This document shows positions 58,291 through 64,000 of a stretch of DNA of 64,000 nt, piece by piece. The translations under genes and the position numbers were made by a program. Within the stretch, counting starts at the first letter, position 1. Every line of letters begins with the position of its first letter. The stretch comes from Myxococcales bacterium (GTDB lineage Bacteria > Myxococcota > Myxococcia > Myxococcales > Myxococcaceae), in the NCBI GenBank assembly GCA_016191815.1, contig JACPVI010000070.1:1-64000 (forward strand). The letters run 5' to 3'. The notes beneath the pieces are model-generated. The model saw only the letters and a program-made list of their open reading frames with translations, searched no databases and was not told where the DNA came from.

Positions 58291-58784
58291 GCGGGCGCAG
58301 CGTGCTTGGGGCGGGCTTGCTGGCGCTGTGCGGCGGGTGCGGCGCGGGCAACTCGCTCGAAGGGAGCCTGAGCCAGGAGCTGGCGCTGGGTTTCGATGAC
58401 GTCGAGGTGCGCTACTCCGCCGGCGCGCTGGCGCTGTCGTACCTGCGGCTCTCCGGCCCCGCGCCGGGGACGACGTTCCAGCTGCTCGTGCGAATGGACT
58501 CGCCCGAGGCGGTGGCACCCGGAAGCGTCGACCTCGCCTCGAGGCTTTCGACCGGCGAGCCGCGGGCCGCTGCCTCGCGGGCGATGGGCGATGAGGACAG
58601 CCGCTTTCCCCCGGTGGCGGCGGGCGTCATCCGGCTCGACGCCTGGCGGGGCAAGGACGGGCTGACGCGCGGCAGCTTCGGGCTTTCCTTCGCGAACGAG
58701 GCGGCTACCCGCTACGTCGGCGCCGGCCGCTCGGTCCATGGCACCTTCGCGGTGGAAGGCTCTGCCGAGGTCGAATCGCACTGA
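58287..58784 (+). CDS. Small lipoprotein, translationally coupled (ATGA) to the VWA gene
   Basis: Lipobox LLALCGGCGAG. Confidence 0.5.
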   Translation: MSGRSVLGAGLLALCGGCGAGNSLEGSLSQELALGFDDVEVRYSAGALALSYLRLSGPAPGTTFQLLVRMDSPEAVAPGSVDLASRLSTGEPRAAASRAMGDEDSRFPPVAAGVIRLDAWRGKDGLTRGSFGLSFANEAATRYVGAGRSVHGTFAVEGSAEVESH

Positions 58785-58801
58785 GCCGCGGCCGCGGACA
58801 G

Positions 58802-59137
58802 TCACCGGCGGCCGAGCCAAAGGAAGCCGGCGGCAAAGGGCAGCCCGACCAGCGCCATGACGTAGAAGACGCCGCGCTCGCCGTGGGCGTAGACGTTCAG
58901 GAAAAGCAGCGGCCCCACCACCGTCATCAGGTCGGTCATCGTCGCCAGCACTCCGAAGACGCCGCCGTAGCTGCCGTCGGTGCCGTGCGCCTTGCCGGCG
59001 TGCTTCAGCGTCGCGGTGAAGATGGCCGAAGAGGCGCACACGTACCCGGCGTAGGGGCCCGAGCCGTCAGTTGCCGGTGCGATCCTCAAGGATGGAGATC
59101 CGCCGCTCGTGGTCCTCGACCTTCTCCTTAAGATCAA
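58802..59137 (-). pseudogene. 3' remnant of an MFS-type transporter gene (last ~2 TM helices)
   Basis: The C-terminal ...VFYVMALVGLPFAAGFLWLGRR tail is typical of MFS. No upstream N-terminal TMs. Confidence 0.4.
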
Positions 59138-59360
59138 GTCGGGTGGCCAGAAGGTCGCGCACCTGCTGGACGGCGGTCGCGACAGCTACCAGCTCGGTCG
59201 CCAGCCGGGTCTCCGACTCGAGCTGGCGTCGCTCCGCCCGGTCGAGCCGATCGTTATTGGCGTCCAGCCGCTCGTTGGTCTGCTTGACCTCGCCCTTGAG
59301 ATCCCGGATCTCGTCGCGGATCTCCCGGAGGATCTGAACGGTGATATCGGAGGGCTCCAC
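59067..59360 (-). CDS. Small coiled-coil protein (97 aa)
   Basis: Heptad-rich: EIRDEIRDLKGEVKQTNERLDANNDRLDRAERRQLESE... Confidence 0.35.
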   Translation of the reverse strand: MEPSDITVQILREIRDEIRDLKGEVKQTNERLDANNDRLDRAERRQLESETRLATELVAVATAVQQVRDLLATRLDLKEKVEDHERRISILEDRTGN

Positions 59361-59563
59361 GGGGTGCGACGTTAGTCGGCACCTCCCGGAGCGTCAAACG
59401 GCTCAGCCGTGCAAGGTGAAAGCGGCGCCGCATGCCGACCGGGTGCCAGAACGCCCTCCGTGTGCTGCGGCGCCCACGCGCCAGGTGCTGTCCGCTCCGC
59501 TCGTCGCGCCAGCGTTTTCTCTCCTGATCCGTTACTTGCTGGGAGGCGTCACCCTGACGGAGA

Positions 59564-60055
59564 TCATGTACTCAACTGCCCCAGCTCGGTCAGCTCGTAG
59601 CCGGCCGGCGGAATGGTGAACGCTTCACCGCGGCGCGCCTTGTTCCACCGCGCCTCCACCATGCGGTGCACCGAGTTGTCGCGCTCCAGCTCGCTCACCT
59701 GGCCGCGCACGCCGAGCACCATGCGGTCTGCGCTCGAGGCCGGCTCGTAGACGCCGTGCTCGTCGGCGATGAGCGTGTTCGTCCACCGGCACAGGTAGAC
59801 GAGGTGGTGCCAGTCGGCGTCGTTGCGCGAGAGGCGAGAAATCTCCAGGCTCATCACGATGCCCACCTCGCCGCGGGCGACGGCGCTCACCAGTCGCGCG
59901 AAGCCCGCCCCTGCGGGACTCCAGTTCCGCGTCGATCGCGTCCATCGCTCGGGTCGGCGATTCCGAGTGCGCTCGTAGACCTGGCGACGGTGTTCGAGGA
60001 TCTCGGCCTCTCGGTTGAAGTGTCGCTCGTCCGGGGTCACGAAGCGGATCGCCAA
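59564..60055 (-). pseudogene. N-terminal catalytic-domain fragment of a (large) serine recombinase
   Basis: GEVGIVMSLEISRLSRNDADWHHLVYLCRWTNTLIADEHGVYEPASSADRMVLGVRGQVSELE fits the resolvase core. It is truncated at 163 aa and the first ~60 aa are degenerate. Confidence 0.55.
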
Positions 60056-60119
60056 GACGCGGCTGGCCGCGCCCGTCGCCCTGGCCAGGGTGAAGAGGAT
60101 TCAGCGGCTGGGGAACGAG

Positions 60120-61346
60120 TCATCCGGCGTTCGGCGGAGGAGCCGCCTGTAGGCCGGCGATGAAGTCGAACACCCGCTGCATTTCGCCCTCGTCGTCCTT
60201 CTCCCGACCGAGCTCGAAGCCGTATTTCAGAAGCAGAAAATCGGTGTAGGCGACGGCGAAGAACTCGTTCTCATTGCGGAGCTGGTACTGCCGCCAGATC
60301 CACCGGTGTTTCTTCGCGCGCTGGAACAAGGCGGTGATGCCTTCCGCGACCGAGTCGGGCATTGAGCCGTGAGCGAGGTGCGCCAGCTCGTGGGCGAAGG
60401 TCCAGCCTTCCGGCGTCACGTCCAACAGCTCGCCGATTGAGGCCACCGCGATCCGGTCCGAGGCCAGGCCATGCAGCGCGGCGAAGGACCGATGGTCGTC
60501 ATCCGCTCGCTCGCCCGCTAGCTCCTGAAGCTCGGGCAGGTCGACCGGTCGCACGTCCATGGGAAGGATGCGCATTACCGCGCCGCGTTCGGCCAGCGCC
60601 AGAAAGAACCGCTCGAGCGGGAGCGCCGAGGCGCAAACCACCCTCCCCTCCGCGCGGGTGAGAGCCGGCCAGTCGGGGACGATTCGCTGCAACGCCTCCG
60701 GCGCATCACTCGCCGGCAGCCTGGCGACCAGCCCGAAATGGTTCTCGTGCTCGGTGGCGAGCGCGGCCCCGTAGCCGAATGCCGCGCCGAAGTGCGAGGG
60801 ACTTGCCTCACGCGCTTGCTCAAAGAGCGAAATGGCTGAAGACAGTCTCTCTCGCCTCAGCTCCGCGGTGGCGAGCTGGCAGAGCCCCTCGGCGGTCTTC
60901 CCCTCGGCAAGTAGCTTCTCGCCGAGCGCCTTCGTCTCCTCGATGCTCCCCAGCCTCAAGGTGGGCGCGATGCGAGGCGATTCGGCGGTCAGCTTGCCCG
61001 CCAGGAGCTTGAAGTTCACCGCATGCGCGATGAGCCGCCCCCGTTGCGCGTGATCATGCACCACCGCCTCTTCGCCTTCGAGCCGCGCCACGAGCTCGTC
61101 GTGCAACTGTCCTACCTCGGTGGCCTCGTCGCGGTCCCAGGCGCCTGTCCAACCACGCTTCATCTGCGCGTCGTGCCAGGCGACCGCCCGGGCCGCGAGC
61201 TCGCGCGCTTTCTCGAGCTGGTTTCCCGCGAAGTACGCCTGCGCGAGCAGGAACCAGATGCGTGGGTCCGGCTCATCGCGGAAGGGCTCTAGCACCGGCG
61301 CTGCCTCGTGCCCCTGGCCGTGCTCCAGCAAGAGCTGGGCGAGCAC
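60120..61346 (-). CDS. TPR-containing protein with an HExxH (HELAHLAH) metallopeptidase-like motif
   Basis: TPR-like helices at the N-terminus. FAHELAHLAHG near the C-terminal third. Confidence 0.45.
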   Translation of the reverse strand: MLAQLLLEHGQGHEAAPVLEPFRDEPDPRIWFLLAQAYFAGNQLEKARELAARAVAWHDAQMKRGWTGAWDRDEATEVGQLHDELVARLEGEEAVVHDHAQRGRLIAHAVNFKLLAGKLTAESPRIAPTLRLGSIEETKALGEKLLAEGKTAEGLCQLATAELRRERLSSAISLFEQAREASPSHFGAAFGYGAALATEHENHFGLVARLPASDAPEALQRIVPDWPALTRAEGRVVCASALPLERFFLALAERGAVMRILPMDVRPVDLPELQELAGERADDDHRSFAALHGLASDRIAVASIGELLDVTPEGWTFAHELAHLAHGSMPDSVAEGITALFQRAKKHRWIWRQYQLRNENEFFAVAYTDFLLLKYGFELGREKDDEGEMQRVFDFIAGLQAAPPPNAG

Positions 61347-61387
61347 CCGCGCCTCCCGCCAGCGGGAGAGGGGATCCCCAGGTCCAA

Positions 61388-61700
61388 TCAGCGGCTCTTC
61401 GGCGGAGGAGAAGCCTGCAGCGGATCGTCAGGCCATGCGTGCCTGGGACAGCGGCGGGCGAGCTCGTTCCGAATGGCGGGGTAATGCCGCGACCAGAAGC
61501 CCGCCAGATCGGTGGTGATTTGCACCGCCCGCCGGTTGGGCGCGAGCAGGTGAAGCACCAGGGGTACCCGCCCGGCGCACACCGCCGGTCCGCGTGACAG
61601 GCCGAAGAAGTCCTGCAGGCGCGACTCCACCCAGGGCGGCTTGCCCCGCTCATAGCTCACCTTCACTTGCCGGCCACCGGGGCCCCCTCCACACTCCACG
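61388..61700 (-). pseudogene. hrpB: 3' fragment of ATP-dependent helicase HrpB (C-terminal domain only)
   Basis: [50 protein letters not shown] matches the HrpB C-terminal RYPKHxWPDDP region. No helicase core upstream. Confidence 0.55.
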
Positions 61701-61916
61701 CCGCCCGCCTCTCTCGGGCATGCGTAGCCCACCGGGCTGACACCCGCGGCTTGGGGGAACGCGACGGGTGCACGACCAGATGCACTCGACGCCAAGCTGC
61801 GCCAGCCCTGCCTGGCCCACCGCGTCGAGCCAAGTGAGGTGCTCGCGGTCTTGCCGAGGCCACCGCCTCCATGGACGACGAATGACCTCCGAGACGGCTA
61901 CTTCTTAGCGTTGGGC

Positions 61917-62212
61917 TGCACTCGGGTGCGCAGGTCACCATGAGGCTTCTTCCGGCGCCGGCGGGGCACGGCGTGGTCTTCGTGAGGACGGACCTGGGGC
62001 CGCCTTTGGCGATCAAGGCGCTGGCGGAGAACGTGGTGGACACCTCGCTGGCGACCACCCTGCCGCGGGCATGCCCTCAACCACCGGCTGGTGCAGATGG
62101 TGCTGCAGGATTCGAGCTGCCACGCGGTGGTCCACGCCGGAAGGCGCGACGTGGAGCGGCTGGACTTGCGCTTCCCGGACCTGGCCGGGGTGCTCGAGCC
62201 GAGCGCGGCCTG
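61917..62212 (+). pseudogene. lpxC: Internally deleted second copy of lpxC (5' ~150 bp joined to 3' ~150 bp)
   Basis: 61917-62072 is ~99% identical to 51917-52072 and 62060-62215 is ~95% identical to 52655-52810. The junction leaves the reading frame out of phase. Confidence 0.8.
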
Positions 62213-62271
62213 AGCGCTGAGCCGGCGCGCTTTCCCTTGCGTCCCGCTAAGGGGGCCTGTATGCGGCCCCG

Positions 62272-63339
62272 ATGAAAGAGCTCCTCGGAACTGCGGCTCT
62301 CACTGCGGCCTTCGCCCTCGTCTGGGCGTGCGCCTGCAGCAAGGACAACAAGCCCGCCGGAGGAGGCGCCGTCGCGGCCCGCAGCTTCGAGCCTCCCCCC
62401 GACACGGTGGTCGGCATCTGGGGCGGCGGGAAGAAGATCACCCTCGCCGAGGTCGACCAGAAGATCGCCAACCAGCTCCAAGACATGGAGCAGAAGAAGT
62501 ACGAGCTCCGCCTCCAGGCGATCGAATCGATGGCCGTGGACGCGGTGCTGGAGGAGGAAGCCAAGAAGAAGGGAATCACCAAGGAGCAGTACTTCCAGGC
62601 CGAGGTGGACTCGAAGGTGCCCGCCCCCTCCGAGGAGGAGATGCGCAAGTTCTTCGACCAGGTCGCCCCGCAGCTCCCGCCCGGCGCCAGCTTCGAAGAG
62701 CTCAAGGACCGCATCGCCCGCTCCCTCACCGGCCCCAAGCGCGAGGCCTTGGCGAAGCAGCTCTTCGAGCAGCTCAAGGCCACCGCCGCGGTGGAGGTGA
62801 AGCTCGAACCCCCGCCCAAGCCGCGCAAGCAGGTCGAAGCCAAGGGCCCCTCCCGCGGCCCGGAGAACGCCAAGGTGACCATCGTCGAGTTCTCCGACTT
62901 CGAGTGCCCCTTCTGCTCCCGGGCCCACGACACCGTGGAGGAGGTGATGCAGGCCTACGCCGGGAAGGTGCGGCTGTTCTTCCGCCACTACCCGCTGCCC
63001 TTCCACAAGAAGGCCGGAAAGGCAGCGGAGGCCGCGAGCTGCGCGCACGAGCAGGGCCGCTTCTGGGAGTACCATGACCTGCTCTTCAAGAATCAGCAGA
63101 AGCTCGAAGTGCCGGACCTCAAGGAACACGCCAAGTCGCTCGGGCTCGACCAGGCGCGCTTCGAGCAGTGCCTCGATTCGGGCAAGAACCTCCAGACCAT
63201 CCAGGAGGACATGCAGGCGGGCCAGAAGGTCGGGGTCGACGGGACGCCGGCGTTCTTCATCAACGGAGTGATGCTCTCGGGCGCCCAGCCGCTGGAAGAG
63301 TTCAAGAAGGTGATCGACCAGGAGCTGGCCGCCCACTAG
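62272..63339 (+). CDS. DsbA-family thiol:disulfide oxidoreductase lipoprotein with an N-terminal coiled/linker region
   Basis: Lipobox LVWACACSK. The thioredoxin active site is FSDFECPFCSRAH. GVDGTPAFFING is also present. Confidence 0.8.
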   Translation: MKELLGTAALTAAFALVWACACSKDNKPAGGGAVAARSFEPPPDTVVGIWGGGKKITLAEVDQKIANQLQDMEQKKYELRLQAIESMAVDAVLEEEAKKKGITKEQYFQAEVDSKVPAPSEEEMRKFFDQVAPQLPPGASFEELKDRIARSLTGPKREALAKQLFEQLKATAAVEVKLEPPPKPRKQVEAKGPSRGPENAKVTIVEFSDFECPFCSRAHDTVEEVMQAYAGKVRLFFRHYPLPFHKKAGKAAEAASCAHEQGRFWEYHDLLFKNQQKLEVPDLKEHAKSLGLDQARFEQCLDSGKNLQTIQEDMQAGQKVGVDGTPAFFINGVMLSGAQPLEEFKKVIDQELAAH

Positions 63340-63349
63340 CCTTGAGGCG

Positions 63350-64000
63350 ATGAGCGCTCCCCTGCGCGCCAGCGTGCAGCCGTCCGGCGAGACCGTCGCC
63401 ATCGAGCTGCCGCGGTCGCTCGCCTCCGCCTACCGAGCCGGGGAGTCGCTCCGCCTCATCGTCCACGGCGCCGATGCGCTGCTGCTCCTCCGGGAAAGCC
63501 AGCAGGGCTACTTCGCCGGAGATCTCTCCTCGGTCAGCATCGGCGAGCTGTTCGGCCTGGTGGTCTCGGGCGTCCGGAGCGGCAAGCTGGTGCTCACCCG
63601 CGGGGCGGCGCGGAAGACCGTCCGCTTGGTGGATGGGGAGATCGTCTTCGCCACCTCCACCGAGCCCTACGAGCGGCTGGGCCGGTCGATGATCCGGCAG
63701 AAGCTGCTCACCCCCGAACAGGTCGAGGAGGCCTTGGCCCAGGTGAAGCAGGGCCTCAGGCTCGGCCAGGTGTTGACCTCCTCTCGGCTGATCACTCCGG
63801 CCGCCCTGTATTCGGCCATGGGGGGGCTGGTGAAGGAGATCGTCCTCAGCCTCTTCGAGCTGGAGGACGGCCAGTGGATGTTCCTCGAGGGCCTCGCCCC
63901 GGCCGACGATGCGGTGAAGCTGTCCGAGAGGACCCAGGACGTGCTCCTGCAGGGCATGCGTCGGGCTGAGGAGGTCTCGAGGCTAAGGAAGAAGTTCCCT
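63350..64000 (+). CDS. DUF4388-domain protein (3'-partial)
   Basis: GELFGLVVSGVRSGKLVLTRGAARKTVRLVDGEIVFATS is the same motif family as the protein at 27530. It runs off the window end. Confidence 0.55.
   Translation, partial: MSAPLRASVQPSGETVAIELPRSLASAYRAGESLRLIVHGADALLLLRESQQGYFAGDLSSVSIGELFGLVVSGVRSGKLVLTRGAARKTVRLVDGEIVFATSTEPYERLGRSMIRQKLLTPEQVEEALAQVKQGLRLGQVLTSSRLITPAALYSAMGGLVKEIVLSLFELEDGQWMFLEGLAPADDAVKLSERTQDVLLQGMRRAEEVSRLRKKFP

Overview
High-GC (~70%) chromosomal segment with a myxobacterial (Myxococcota-like) character: LTD lipoproteins, Cys-rich MopE-like lipoproteins, DUF4388/PATAN proteins and many lipoboxes. Order of content: (i) the 3' end of an RHS polymorphic-toxin gene with a DUF4279-like immunity gene and a tandem array of degenerate small secreted-protein cassettes; (ii) a TerC membrane protein and a divergent CheY-like regulator; (iii) a four-gene co-directional operon that I think is the most novel feature: a 914-aa secreted/membrane protein whose C-terminus is an (Ala-Cys-His-Ser)n repeat tail, translationally coupled to an RRE(PqqD)-radical SAM-SPASM maturase, followed by two zinc-ribbon proteins; (iv) mazEF; (v) the isc operon (iscS-iscU-iscA-hscB-hscA-fdx); (vi) flotillin, DsbD and an OmpA-like lipoprotein; (vii) a nuclease-LTD-nuclease secreted operon next to a ComEA-HhH-fused outer-membrane barrel; (viii) vapBC (twice), Fic, yebC-ruvC-ruvA, separated from ruvB by a ~14.8 kb insertion-like block (ALDH, monooxygenase-OYE fusion, S8 protease, a radical SAM protein, RDD-TPR-pseudo-retropepsin and others); (ix) lpxC followed by a ~9 kb mosaic region that opens with an IS91-family (rolling-circle) transposase, carries several gene remnants (SDR, MFS, serine recombinase, hrpB) plus an intact Cys-rich/VWA/lipoprotein operon, and ends with an internally deleted second copy of lpxC; (x) a DsbA-like lipoprotein and a partial DUF4388 gene. 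No rRNA, tRNA or CRISPR arrays were recognised. All calls are from reading the translations; no database searches were run.
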